DNA of 60,524 nucleotides, filler included, from Theionarchaea archaeon (GCA_018992565.1; 5 parts of 5 records of this genome joined end to end with filler, not necessarily neighbours in it), one strand, 5' to 3'. Positions 50,090 to 60,437 are shown, counted from the whole stretch's first letter. The notes: generated from the letters alone by a model not told the origin. Numbers and translations: made by a program.

Positions 50090-50842
50090 ATGTCAGCTCG
50101 AGTTGTTGTTGAAAAAGGAACTACCAGAAAGTGGTATGGGCGGTGCACTGAGTTCCCGGGGACTATTGCATGGGGCGAGAGTAAGGACAGGCTTCTCGCA
50201 GAACTGGAAAAGGAGTTGACCTATCACATATCCTGGTTACGTCACCACAAAGAACAGGTGCCTGCCTTTGAGAGGACGACTCTCACCCTTGATGAGGAGA
50301 TGCATAATATCTGTGAGCTTGGAGAATCAGGTGGTGAAGTGGCATTCTTCCAGTGGGACAGAAATCCCGTGACACCTGAGGACATGCAGTACTTTTTCAG
50401 GCTGATGGCCTACAATAGAGAAGACCTTCTCACAGTTGCAGAGAACCTTTCTGACGATCAGCTCGCCATAAAACCGGAGGGGAAACTGCGCACCATCACC
50501 GATATTCTACACCATATCTGCAATGCTGAAGAATTCTACCTGTCCCGATTGGGTCCAGACGCAGATGCACTCTACCAGAGACACGCCGGACTGCCCATCA
50601 CCACTGTTGATGCACTGCCCATCTTTCAGAGACTCCGCGTCGTGAGATCGGCATGCTGCAGAACACTGGAAGATATGATTCCTGGTAGGGGAAGTTCAAT
50701 ATTCACACGAGAAGAATATACAGAGCACCCTGATGAGAAATGGACAGCTCACAAGGTCATGAGGCGGTTTCTTGAACATGAAAGAGAACACATTTACAAC
50801 ATTCAGGAATATCTGGGTGAGCCTCTCAGGACGATACGTTAG
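50090..50842 (+). CDS. HicB-like N-domain + DinB-family protein
   Basis: EFPGTIAWGES, TITDILHHICNAE and RRFLEHEREH. Leaderless ATG 29 nt after TTTATA. Confidence 0.8.
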   Translation: MSARVVVEKGTTRKWYGRCTEFPGTIAWGESKDRLLAELEKELTYHISWLRHHKEQVPAFERTTLTLDEEMHNICELGESGGEVAFFQWDRNPVTPEDMQYFFRLMAYNREDLLTVAENLSDDQLAIKPEGKLRTITDILHHICNAEEFYLSRLGPDADALYQRHAGLPITTVDALPIFQRLRVVRSACCRTLEDMIPGRGSSIFTREEYTEHPDEKWTAHKVMRRFLEHEREHIYNIQEYLGEPLRTIR

Positions 50843-51053
50843 TGGGAGAATCAAGATTCCTTGGAAATGGAATAAGAGACCTCACAGAGCACCAGGAGGA
50901 ATAGGCAGTCAACTTGAATAGCAGGAACAGCCTGATCCAGAAAGGCTGTGAATCAACCCTCTTGATGTATGACCATGAACATCTTCTGGGGAATAGACAC
51001 ATTCCAGGCTTGTTTAAAAAGAAAGAAAAAATAGAGAATTCCAGATTGCGGGG

Positions 51054-51128
51054 TTATGCTAGTTCCATAAATCCACCTGTGGACGCAACACACGTAGCAT
51101 CCAGGTAGTCTTCAACTCGGGGTTCCAT
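51054..51128 (-). CDS. Unannotated 24-aa peptide MEPRVEDYLDATCVASTGGFMELA
   Basis: AAAGGAGGTG SD, CGAAA-TATTTATAAA promoter (~51173-51187) and T-rich terminator (~51016-51031). Confidence 0.7.
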   Translation of the reverse strand: MEPRVEDYLDATCVASTGGFMELA

Positions 51129-51432
51129 TTTCTGCACCTCCTTTCGATTATGTAAGTATATCAGTACTATTGTTTATAAATATTTCGAATCGTCGATAAT
51201 TATCCAGTCAGGCCTCTGAGAGAAGAGTATAAATAGCCGGAAAAATCTGACACCATGAGTGGACTTGTGACCACTGTGTTCCTGCACTTTTGCCTATCTA
51301 GTATAGGATACCTGTACAGGTTACCTCTTAAAAATGCCCCAAACTCTTAAGTAGTCACACTCCCTTAAATATACTGTAATGACACCGGAAAGGTTCATAT
51401 TCCTGTAATCCACAAGAATGAGGAGGATAACC

Positions 51433-51657
51433 ATGACTACTGTAAGAGTGAATTGTGCGGGGGAAACGTGCCCCGTTCCATTAGTTGAAACCCGAAAGGC
51501 AATCCGGAAAGCAGTATCAGGGGATATTGTTGAAGTTACCGGGACGCATCCTGCATCCAAGAGGGAGATACCCATGGCAGTAGAAGCCCAGGGACACCAG
51601 GTGCTTGAGGTCAAAGACGAGGGAGATACCTGGACTATTGTAATAAAGGTGAAATAG
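51433..51657 (+). CDS. tusA: TusA family sulfur carrier
   Basis: GETCPVP motif and GAGGAGG SD. Confidence 0.92.
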   Translation: MTTVRVNCAGETCPVPLVETRKAIRKAVSGDIVEVTGTHPASKREIPMAVEAQGHQVLEVKDEGDTWTIVIKVK

Positions 51658-51668
51658 AAGGTGATTTC

Positions 51669-51766
51669 ATGAATAAAGCAACGCTAGTTGTCCACAGCGG
51701 AGACCTGGATAAGGTGTACAGTGCGTTAATTATTGGAAATGGCGCCCTGGCCATGGGCATGGATGT
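51669..51766 (+). CDS. DsrE2-family protein, N-terminal fragment
   Basis: MNKATLVVHSGDLDKVYSALIIGNGALAMGMDV, directly downstream of tusA. Confidence 0.85.
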
Positions 51767-51866
51767 NNNNNNNNNNNNNNNNNNNNNNNNNNNNNNNNNN
51801 NNNNNNNNNNTTAATTAATTAANNNNNNNNNNNNNNNNNNNNNNNNNNNNNNNNNNNNNNNNNNNN
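51767..51866. other. Artificial contig linker
   Basis: N-TTAATTAATTAA-N. Confidence 1.
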
Positions 51867-52984
51867 TTGATGGCAGTCTCAATGTTCTGATAGCAGAATG
51901 GACAGGCGGAAACCAGGGTATCAACTCCTGTGGATTCAGCTTCCCTCACCCGTTCTGCTGCAGATTCGGTGGCCCAATCCAGGAATGCTGTTCTCACGCC
52001 ACCGCCTGCACCGCAACACCATGAGTCCACACCATGTCTCTTCATTTCCACCAGTTCTACACCTGGAATTGCCTTCAGCACGTTGCGAGGGGCTTCTGTC
52101 ACCTCGTTGTGCTTTCCCAGATGACAGGGGTCATGGTAGGTCACCCGCAAATCAACTTCTTTGGTGAATTCCAGATTGCCTTCCTTGATCAACCGATCCA
52201 GGTACTGGACAGTATGTAGGACTTCAGGCTTCAGCTCTGCAATTTCAGGATAGTCCTGGGATATCGTCTTGAAACATCCTGCACATGAGGTAACAATAGT
52301 ATCAATGCCCAGGTTGTTGAAGGATTTTATATTGTCCTCTGCCAGTCCCAGGCCAATCTCCCGTTCACCCATCCTCAGCAAGGTAGAACCACAACAGCGC
52401 TCATCCTTTCCCAGAATGCCGAACTTTATCCCTGCTTTGCTGAAGATTCTCGCCGTATTCTCTGCCAGTATCTTGAGGTTAGGATCATACGAGGCTGTGC
52501 ATCCCACGTAGTACAGGACGTCTCCTCCTTTCTTGATATCAGGTACGTCCACATCAAGCTTCCGCGCCCACCGAGCGCGTCCTGACCTGGGCTGCTGCCA
52601 GGGATTGTCATAGTTCTTAATCGAAGTGACCAATGGCTTGTGAGCGGGGAGACTTCCCAGCCCTTTCTCCACCAGCCGGGCGCGCATGGCTTCATAAATA
52701 TCTACAGTTGGTATGTCATTCTCGCACTGCACCTTGCAATTGCCACAGCAGGAGCACTTGTACAGGATGTCTGCCAGCTCATCATCAAGCTCCAAGTTCC
52801 CATCCAGGTATGCCCTGATAATCTGCATTCTGCCTGAACCGTAGAACGCTTCCCACTCGAACTTCTTACCTGCAGGACATCCTTCCGGGAATCCTTTTTC
52901 AGGTTCATCTGTCCAGGTTGACTGGCAGAACTTGCAGTGTATACACGTGTACACATATGGAGCAAAGTCCTCTATCTGTTTCAT
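51867..52984 (-). CDS. HdrD/GlpC-like Fe-S oxidoreductase with two CCG domains (3'-truncated)
   Basis: CIHCKFC, CSCCGNC...C, ERCCG, YHDPCHL, WCCGAGGG and ACPFC motifs. Confidence 0.92.
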
Positions 52985-54480
52985 GGGTATCCCTCCAGGA
53001 AATTCATGTTCAGACTCCCCGGATGCATGATTCCATTGGGATCAAGCAGCTTCTTGAACTTCACCAGCATGTTGTAGTAATCAGGTGCTCTCTCGTACAT
53101 CATGGGAGCATGAACGAGCTTCCTGGGGCGGTAATTCAGCCATCCTCTGTCTAGGAAGATTTCTGAGGTAGCCTTGTCAAATTCATTGACTGCTTTCACT
53201 GATTCAGGATCCTGGGCACTGTAGCACACAATGGGCATGCCAATACAGTCTCTTCCATTCTTGATGGATGCTACCCAGTAGATGGGATCGAACCCGTACT
53301 TGGGCATTTCGTCTTCACAGATTTGACAGAACTCGGCTGTGTCTTTCCAGGGTAAGTACCAAGTAATGAACAAGAATCCACCGCCTTTCTTGCTGGTCCT
53401 CTCATACGATGCATAGGGGATGGCAATCTTGTTGGGTTTCTTCAGTCGCGTCGCCTTTGCCTTGGGATGAATAGGCAGTATTTCTGCTTTGGCTCCCTTG
53501 TTTCGCCATTCTTCTACGATTTCCTTTATAGTCTGCTTTTGTTCTTGTAGTTCAGGCTCAGTTTTTGCCCAGATTTCAAAGTTCATCATGTAATTGGGAA
53601 CGTAGTATTTCTTCTGTCTCCATGCATCAATGTCCAGCAGTCCCTGCTTTTCGAGTTCTTCCCTCTGCCTGACACCAGGTACCAGCCACCAGGGACCCCC
53701 CTGAACCATGACACCAATCTCCTGTTTTAATATGTCAAGTGAGATATCCTGCAGCTCTTGGGCTGTCTCGAATCCAAGAAGCTCCAGGTCGATGTAGGGC
53801 ATGTGTGGAACTATCTGTGTGGCCAATTTGGTAATGACACCCATGGTCCCCTGAGCTCCCAGGAAGAGCCCCGTCATATCAGGTCCAATACCCCATCGGT
53901 AGAAAGGCTTGGCTCCTGGCAAGGCCCACGACCCGGTCTTGAGAACTTCACCAGTGGGCAGGACCACCTCCAACCCCAGACACAGGTCCGCCTGTGGTCC
54001 GTATTTGCTGGTGACCACAGAGAACCCTCTATCCAGCGTATTTCCTACAACACTTCCTTCAGAGGGGGCTCCGTCAGGTATCGGAGGTACCCACTCAGGG
54101 TAGTGCTCTCTGAAGTAACCCCAAATCTGGCCATTGGTGACACCCGGCTCCACCACCATGTACCTGGAGTCAAGGTCTACCTCAATGATCTTGTCCATCC
54201 TGGACAGGTCAAGCAATATCCCCCCAGGAATAGTAGGGGTGGCAGTACCACCAGATAACCCCTTGGACTGGGGGGTTACCGGTATTTTATGTTCATTAGC
54301 ATATTTGAGGATTTCCTGAATTTCTTCCACAGATTCCGGCCGAATGATGACATCTGCAGTCTCAGAATCAATATCCATAATAGATTTTGCAATATAACTA
54401 ACTCTGATAGGTTTTGAAGTGGTTACAAAGTCTTCTCCAACTATGGTTTTCAGTACATTAACGTGCTTTTCCTCTATCAT
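52981..54480 (-). CDS. FAD-linked oxidoreductase (GlcD/VAO family)
   Basis: RPESVEEI, LDLSRMDKI, GLEVVLPTGE, GAQGTMGVIT and LDPNGIMHPG motifs. Confidence 0.9.
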   Translation of the reverse strand: MIEEKHVNVLKTIVGEDFVTTSKPIRVSYIAKSIMDIDSETADVIIRPESVEEIQEILKYANEHKIPVTPQSKGLSGGTATPTIPGGILLDLSRMDKIIEVDLDSRYMVVEPGVTNGQIWGYFREHYPEWVPPIPDGAPSEGSVVGNTLDRGFSVVTSKYGPQADLCLGLEVVLPTGEVLKTGSWALPGAKPFYRWGIGPDMTGLFLGAQGTMGVITKLATQIVPHMPYIDLELLGFETAQELQDISLDILKQEIGVMVQGGPWWLVPGVRQREELEKQGLLDIDAWRQKKYYVPNYMMNFEIWAKTEPELQEQKQTIKEIVEEWRNKGAKAEILPIHPKAKATRLKKPNKIAIPYASYERTSKKGGGFLFITWYLPWKDTAEFCQICEDEMPKYGFDPIYWVASIKNGRDCIGMPIVCYSAQDPESVKAVNEFDKATSEIFLDRGWLNYRPRKLVHAPMMYERAPDYYNMLVKFKKLLDPNGIMHPGSLNMNFLEGYP

Positions 54481-54558
54481 AGATCCACCTCCCTCAGACT
54501 TCTAGAGAATGTTTATAAATGTTTGTGAAGGTTCTCGAAAAAGAGGAAGAAGGCAAGA

Positions 54559-54807
54559 GTGGAGAAGAGGGGAGCATATTTATATGGCGGAGACCTAATT
54601 CATTCTATGCCTGAAGACGAGAAAGTAGCCCTTGAAATTTCTATTGTCAAGAAACGAAAATACATCACCTCTACCCACAGTATCAATATTGATCATATGA
54701 CAGAGGAGGAAGTGGATGAATTCTCCCGGATTCTGTATGACAAGGCAGTCATGCTCTTGATAAACTACTATCCGCAGGGACAGGTGAAGAAAGGGGAATC
54801 TAAATGA
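54559..54807 (+). CDS. Small hypothetical protein
   Basis: ORF overlapping the start of the downstream hydrolase. Start may be ~54607. Confidence 0.5.
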   Translation: MEKRGAYLYGGDLIHSMPEDEKVALEISIVKKRKYITSTHSINIDHMTEEEVDEFSRILYDKAVMLLINYYPQGQVKKGESK

Positions 54808-55574
54808 GAGTTGGGTTTTTCCAGATGGAGCCACAACTCCTGAATACGGAGTATAATGTGAACAAAGCATTGAGCTGCGTGGAGAGAATAGATGCAGACG
54901 TGGTGGTGCTCCCTGAACTCTTTCATTCCGGTTACGCCTTTCAGAGTATGGAGGAAGTCCAGAAGGTTGCAGAGCCAATTCCAGGGTACACCACAGAGAA
55001 GCTGCAGGAAGCATCAACTGACAGGAACATTGTTATTGTGGCAGGAATCTGCGAGAAGTACAAGAATAGGTTCTATAATTCTGCAGTATATATTGAAGGC
55101 GATATCCTTAGGGTGTACCGGAAAATCCATCTCTTTCTTGATGAAAAGAAATTCTTTCAGCCGGGAAGTGAATTTCTGGTGGTCAATTCTATTGGTGTGA
55201 TGGTGTGTTTCGACTATTTCTTTCCGGAGTCTGCCCGTACGCTGATGTTACAGGGTGCCAGACTGATTGCTCACCCTTCAAACTTGATTCTGCCATACTG
55301 CCCGGATGCTATGGCTTTGCGCTCTCTTGAAAACCGCGTCTTTTCTGTAACCTGCAACCGTGTGGGTGAGGAGCGGGGGCTGCATTTCATTGGACAGTCA
55401 CAAATCGTAGATTCAAAGGGGAACGTTCTGTATCGGGCGGGAGTGATGGAGGAAGTAGCTGTTCGGGAGATTGTGTTGGAAGAAGCTGATAACAAGTTTA
55501 TCACATCCAGGAACAACCTGCTGGAAGACAGGAATCCTGCTGCATACAAAGTGATAACTGAACAGAAGAAATAG
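54804..55574 (+). CDS. Carbon-nitrogen hydrolase (nitrilase superfamily)
   Basis: E-K-C triad in LPEL, YRKIHL and VCFDYFFPE. Confidence 0.93.
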   Translation: MRVGFFQMEPQLLNTEYNVNKALSCVERIDADVVVLPELFHSGYAFQSMEEVQKVAEPIPGYTTEKLQEASTDRNIVIVAGICEKYKNRFYNSAVYIEGDILRVYRKIHLFLDEKKFFQPGSEFLVVNSIGVMVCFDYFFPESARTLMLQGARLIAHPSNLILPYCPDAMALRSLENRVFSVTCNRVGEERGLHFIGQSQIVDSKGNVLYRAGVMEEVAVREIVLEEADNKFITSRNNLLEDRNPAAYKVITEQKK

Positions 55575-56095
55575 AAAGCTGATTCTGCCAGACGGGGTGG
55601 TCACATGTCACCGCTCGTTACGCAAGAAAACACATGTAGGAATCCCTTTCAATGCTGAGATGTGATCTGAAAAAGAGATCCCCTGTTCTTTCTAATTTTG
55701 TACCTCGTTGCTGGAAAGGGCAGCACATATTCTTCTGTATTGGCATTCAATGTATCATTTTCAATTCAGTGCATGTAGACTATTCTGTACTCGTTCACAG
55801 ACTTGAACCTTTTGGATCTTGTGAGTCAGATATGAAAACTCACGAGGGAGTGTATTGCAATGATATGGACAAGCCTGGGAATTGTGTCAGTGTATGATGG
55901 CCTATCGGCCAGCAGAAGTGGCAGGGTGTTGGGGGCTTCTCATGCAGACAGAGTATCTATGTATTGTGTTTGGCGGGCTGTACGTGGAGCAGAATTTTAG
56001 AGGGTGATGTAACTGAAACTCCAGACAATATGTCTCTTGAACAGTCTGAAGGCACAGGAAAAGGCTTATAAGCAGTAAGGATGGTATGATGATAG

Positions 56096-56214
56096 GCGGG
56101 GGTTGCCGAGACTGGTCAAAGGCGCTGGACTTAAGATCACAGAAAAAGGGTTTAAGCCTTTGATAAGAAATCCAGTTCAGAAGTGATGCGTGGGTTCAAA
56201 TCCCATCCCCCGCA
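56096..56214 (+). tRNA. tRNA-Leu(TAA) with 34-nt intron (56136..56169)
   Basis: GCGGGGG/CCCCCGC acceptor stem, CTGGA/TCCAG anticodon stem, long variable arm, GTTCAAATC T-loop. BHB motif CTTA/TAAG with AGA and AAA bulges. Confidence 0.95.
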
Positions 56215-56314
56215 NNNNNNNNNNNNNNNNNNNNNNNNNNNNNNNNNNNNNNNNNNNNTTAATTAATTAANNNNNNNNNNNNNNNNNNNNNNNNNNNNNN
56301 NNNNNNNNNNNNNN
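56215..56314. other. Artificial contig linker
   Basis: N-TTAATTAATTAA-N. Confidence 1.
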
Positions 56315-56532
56315 TGATCAAGTACTCTATCAAGAAGAAAAAGCCAATGTCTATCGAAAAGGCAAGCTATGATGCCAAATTGCGGAGAGGATTCACATTA
56401 ATTGAGAAAAGAAGCTACGTCAGGTCCAACCTTCCCCTCGTGGGAGATCTCTATCTAGGTCTCACGAAAAGGGCCAACACACGAGTAGTAAGCCAGATAG
56501 AAAAAATAAAGTCTCTCCAGGATGTATACTGA
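56315..56532 (+). CDS. Probable 3' fragment of an unknown protein
   Basis: Frame open from the contig edge to TGA 56532. No motif recognised. Confidence 0.4.
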
Positions 56533-56550
56533 TACTCCGTAGTATTCTCG

Positions 56551-57729
56551 ATGCGCCATGACACCCTGCAGGAGCTGATTCCAGAGATCAAAAAGCCTTT
56601 TAAAATCCCCCTCTCTAGTGATGCTATGGACTTTCATGTACAGCTCAGTACACTCAAGACTGAAGTAGAAGAACGAATTGCCTCATTTCTGGATGCAAAG
56701 AAAGATAGTCCCATATTAAGAGGACTTTACGAGGACATTAGAAGCCAGGTTCTAAAAGGGGGAAAGAGGTTAAGACCCATTCTCATGATTCAGACCTATG
56801 CAGGGTTCAAAGAGAAGGATCAATCAATACTCACTGCCTGTCTTTCCTGTGAATTTGTGCATTCTGCTTCTTTGATACTGGATGATGCAATGGATGAAGA
56901 CATTCTGAGACACGGAAAGAAGACATTCAACGCTATCTATGCAGACAAGATTTTCGATTCTATGGACTTCTCTTTTCAGAAATACGGGAGAGGTTCCTCC
57001 TGGATTCAGAAAGAGGGGCTTTTTGATCTGTTATATATGCAGAGAGCGTTGTCACGGTATTCGTATGCTATGTCTTCCCTGGCCTCAAATTTGCTGTACT
57101 CCCTCTCAGAAAAGTGTCTCAGCGAAGCAGGATTTGATAAGCAGGTCACATTGAGGGCTCTGGTTCTCCACAATGAGATGTTCAGGCAGCTCAATGAGGG
57201 GCAACTCTTGGATATGTTCATGGAGAAGAGGCAGTGTATTGAACAGGACTACCTGACCATGATTGACAAGAAGTCTGGACTGCTCTTTGCCTTCCCCATG
57301 CGGATTGCAGCCATTCTGGCGGGCAGTGATACTCCTGCCCTGGATTCATACAGCTTCCCGATGGCCAGGGGATTCCAGATACATGATGATATTCTGGGCA
57401 CTTTTGGAGGAGAAAAAACAGGAAAACCTTCTGATTCTGATATCAAGAAAGGGAAGAGGACTCTTCTGGTAATCAAGGCATTGAGAGAAGCTACAGAGGA
57501 ACAGAGGGAGATTATGGATGTAGCTCTGGGAAAGGCTGATGCTACGGAGGAAGAAGTGGACAGCGTGAGAACGATTCTCAGAGACACCAAAGCACTGGAA
57601 TATTGCCAGGAAAAAGCACGCAGCTTTACAGAACAGGCCAAGAAAGCACTGGATACTATTCCCTTGAAGGCAGAACAAAAAGCGTTTTTGCAAAATCTAG
57701 CTGATTTCGTTGTGGAAAGAGAGTTCTAA
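56551..57729 (+). CDS. Polyprenyl diphosphate (GGPP-type) synthase
   Basis: GGKRLRP, LILDDAMDEDILRHG, GQLLD, FQIHDD and DIKKGK motifs. Start may be ~56626. Confidence 0.93.
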   Translation: MRHDTLQELIPEIKKPFKIPLSSDAMDFHVQLSTLKTEVEERIASFLDAKKDSPILRGLYEDIRSQVLKGGKRLRPILMIQTYAGFKEKDQSILTACLSCEFVHSASLILDDAMDEDILRHGKKTFNAIYADKIFDSMDFSFQKYGRGSSWIQKEGLFDLLYMQRALSRYSYAMSSLASNLLYSLSEKCLSEAGFDKQVTLRALVLHNEMFRQLNEGQLLDMFMEKRQCIEQDYLTMIDKKSGLLFAFPMRIAAILAGSDTPALDSYSFPMARGFQIHDDILGTFGGEKTGKPSDSDIKKGKRTLLVIKALREATEEQREIMDVALGKADATEEEVDSVRTILRDTKALEYCQEKARSFTEQAKKALDTIPLKAEQKAFLQNLADFVVEREF

Positions 57730-57764
57730 TCAAAAATACTATCCAGAGACTACTGCCGCCACCG

Positions 57765-58319
57765 TCACTTCCACAGGCTGGCCCTATCTTCAATTCCTCT
57801 TTTCTTCTTCAACTCTTCCAGGAACTTGTACACTGTCGCATGCATACACCCCTGCAATAGCATATCCACTGCTCTCTTGGCATCTGCTACGTCTCCAAAC
57901 TCACCCAGAATCGACACAGTCCTCCCGTACACACTAACGTACGTCCCTGTCATGTTCTCAACAATCTTCCGGGTCATCCCACTCTTTCCAATAATCCTGC
58001 CTCTTACTCTTCGTAGCGAATTCTCAGATTTCCCGAAATAGTCTTCAAGATCAATAACCTCCAGCGTGGTATCATCGTCCAGGAGGCGCAGTGCCTTCCG
58101 GGGTGAGAATCCTCTGGCAATAGCTTTGATGATATCTCTCCCCTTCCAAACAGCAAGAGGGTCCTCTGTCTCTTCTTCGCTGTATATGTGAACCTCGCCC
58201 GTCTCTGTGTCAATATCAAGGTTGACTTTAAGCCGTTCTTCGACTTTCCGTCTTGTTTCCCCATCTTTCCCAATGACAACCCCAATTCTGGCTTGCGGGA
58301 CTCTCACATATTCTTCCAT
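57765..58319 (-). CDS. KH-domain pre-rRNA processing protein (Dim2/Krr1-like)
   Basis: RIGVVIGKDG, AIARGFSP and GRIIGKSG motifs. Confidence 0.93.
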   Translation of the reverse strand: MEEYVRVPQARIGVVIGKDGETRRKVEERLKVNLDIDTETGEVHIYSEEETEDPLAVWKGRDIIKAIARGFSPRKALRLLDDDTTLEVIDLEDYFGKSENSLRRVRGRIIGKSGMTRKIVENMTGTYVSVYGRTVSILGEFGDVADAKRAVDMLLQGCMHATVYKFLEELKKKRGIEDRASLWK

Positions 58320-59032
58320 TCTCTCACCTCTTTCAAGAGGTTCTCAGTCTCGGGAACATCACAATACTTGGAGAAGAAGTGCCGCACATTCTCTAGATCC
58401 CTCAGCAGGAATTCTTCAGCTCGAGGATCATCCAGTATTGCTGCCTGTGCGAAATCAATAAAGTATAGTGTATCATACACCAGGATATTGTACTCACTGA
58501 GATCAGCGTGTACAATCCCCTCACCATACATGGTCTTAACTGCATTCATAACAACTTCGAAATCTTTTTCTGGGTCTTCAGGTCCAGTATCTTTCAAGAG
58601 AGGGTATGGAAGTCCATTCTTCCCCAGAAACTCCATAACTACTACATTGTTGTAAACAACAAAGGGTTCAGGCAGCCTTATTTTGGGAAATAGTGTTTTT
58701 AGAGTAGAAAATTCCCGTTGCGCCCACAAGTTCACCACTTTCCTGGGATTTTTAGTAACATGGCGATACCTCGGATCAGAAATCAAGTACGACCACTTGG
58801 TCCTGAATTCTGAAGTGGCTACCCGATAGATTTTAATGGCAATCTCCCTGTTGTCCTCGTTTACACCATGAAACACATTAGCTTCCTTGCCTGTGGATAC
58901 GGCTCCGTGAACCTCATCTATATACCCCTTGTTAATCAGAGTGTACAGAGTAAGCAAAGTAGAGCGGTCAAATACTTCCTTGTATATTTTGAACGCTTCC
59001 TGCCCTTTTTTCAGCCTTTTTTCTTCTGCCAC
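58304..59032 (-). CDS. rio1: RIO1 family kinase
   Basis: STGKEANVF, HADLSEYNIL and IDFAQA motifs. Confidence 0.95.
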   Translation of the reverse strand: MAEEKRLKKGQEAFKIYKEVFDRSTLLTLYTLINKGYIDEVHGAVSTGKEANVFHGVNEDNREIAIKIYRVATSEFRTKWSYLISDPRYRHVTKNPRKVVNLWAQREFSTLKTLFPKIRLPEPFVVYNNVVVMEFLGKNGLPYPLLKDTGPEDPEKDFEVVMNAVKTMYGEGIVHADLSEYNILVYDTLYFIDFAQAAILDDPRAEEFLLRDLENVRHFFSKYCDVPETENLLKEVREWKNM

Positions 59033-59044
59033 ATAACCACCAGG

Positions 59045-59350
59045 TCACAGACGAATCTTCTTTTTCTTTTCCAGCCATTGCGCCTGGGCTCTCGAATATC
59101 GATAAATAATGTCTCCTCGTTCTTCCTCTGCAAGCTCCCAGGGCTTTACCAGGACAATGTTGTTTACGCGTATCCACAGCCGGTTTCGAAACCGCCCCGG
59201 GATTCTGCATAGCCGCACCTTTCCATCGGTGCATTTCACAGTCATTTTACCGTAGCCCATCATCTGGACTACCTTACCAATGACTTCAATTCCCTTGGGG
59301 AGTCTGATCCTGCCAATCTGTTCAGATTCCGATTGTTGGTTTTTTGCCAG
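59045..59350 (-). CDS. eif1a: Translation initiation factor aIF-1A (probable CTG start)
   Basis: RIRLPKG.EVIGKVVQMMG...CTDGKVRLCRIPGR...WI...GDIIYRY. GAGGTGA SD lies 4 nt before CTG 59350. Confidence 0.93.
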   Translation of the reverse strand: MAKNQQSESEQIGRIRLPKGIEVIGKVVQMMGYGKMTVKCTDGKVRLCRIPGRFRNRLWIRVNNIVLVKPWELAEEERGDIIYRYSRAQAQWLEKKKKIRL

Positions 59351-59354
59351 ATTC

Positions 59355-60437
59355 TCACCTCGTTACAGTCTGTTCTCTGAACACCTCTAGGTATTCAGGA
59401 TGGTCTTCAAAATACTTTCTGCAGGGGGCAATCAGGGAGTTAAGCTCCGCCGATACTTTGTTTTTTAGATCCTGTGGGTGCAGGTTGTTCTCTGCAAAAT
59501 CCTTCTTCAATTCCTCATACTGCCAGTAGGTCACATCTCCCCCGAACTTTGAAGGACGCTCAATGGTGAATTCTCGTTCCCTGCCTCTGAAGAGTATGTG
59601 ATCCACAATCTCCATGATGGGGTTTCCCTCTACCTCTCCTGCAGGGCAATATGCCTTCCGTATCTTCTCTTTCAGCTCTTTCTCCGAATCATGGGCAAAG
59701 ATGCAGGTTTCTGGATGTGATTTGGCCATCTTGGATGAAATCTCCTGGTCAATTGTCTCATCATCGTCAAATCCACCCATTTTAATGGGACCCTGCAATC
59801 CTGCCAGCAGATGATAGTGGACAGCCACTGGTTTAGGGAGCCCCAGTTTTGGTCCAACATCCCTGGCAAGCATATGCGCTTTTCTCTGGTCCATTCCCGA
59901 ACAGGCAATGTCCAGCTCCATCTGATAAATATCAGATACCTGCATTGCAGGATACAAATACTGGGCAGCTTCCTGCAATTCAGCCTCCTTCCTGCCCATA
60001 ATGGTGAGGCAGCGGGTAATCCTGGCCACAGTAGATTCCTTCAGCACTCTGATGATCCTTCCCCAGTAGTCAGAGTCATCAACAAATTCGCTGCTCCATA
60101 CAAACTCGACTGTCTCAGGGACTCCAAGAGACAGCCATACCTTCTGGAAATACTCGCCTACCTTTCGAATAGCCTCCAGATCTCCCCCCATCTTGTTGTT
60201 AATCCACGCATGCCATTCGGCCAGGAACAGCTTGAATTTTATCCCAGCGTCCATGAGATCCTTGGTTTTCAGTGCAGCTTCCACTCCCGTTCCCAGGTGG
60301 GCCTTTCCTGAGGGTTCGAACCCTTGATAAGCCACAGGATGTTCCTTTGTCTCTAACAGGCTACGTAGCTCATTCCGAGTCACGATTTCTTCTGCAGGTT
60401 TTCTGCAAATCAGGTCGAGTCTTTCTTCTATATCCAT
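59355..60437 (-). CDS. tyrS: Tyrosyl-tRNA synthetase
   Basis: YQGFEPSG.AHLG, YPAMQVSD, GMDQRK, KMAKS and LHPQDLK motifs. Confidence 0.96.
   Translation of the reverse strand: MDIEERLDLICRKPAEEIVTRNELRSLLETKEHPVAYQGFEPSGKAHLGTGVEAALKTKDLMDAGIKFKLFLAEWHAWINNKMGGDLEAIRKVGEYFQKVWLSLGVPETVEFVWSSEFVDDSDYWGRIIRVLKESTVARITRCLTIMGRKEAELQEAAQYLYPAMQVSDIYQMELDIACSGMDQRKAHMLARDVGPKLGLPKPVAVHYHLLAGLQGPIKMGGFDDDETIDQEISSKMAKSHPETCIFAHDSEKELKEKIRKAYCPAGEVEGNPIMEIVDHILFRGREREFTIERPSKFGGDVTYWQYEELKKDFAENNLHPQDLKNKVSAELNSLIAPCRKYFEDHPEYLEVFREQTVTR

Noticed and set aside
55652..55897. 81-aa ORF upstream of tRNA-Leu
   Set aside because: No SD, no motif and atypical composition.
176..60311. Numerous antisense or nested ORFs in the track
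   Set aside because: They overlap well-supported genes and lack motifs or initiation signals.
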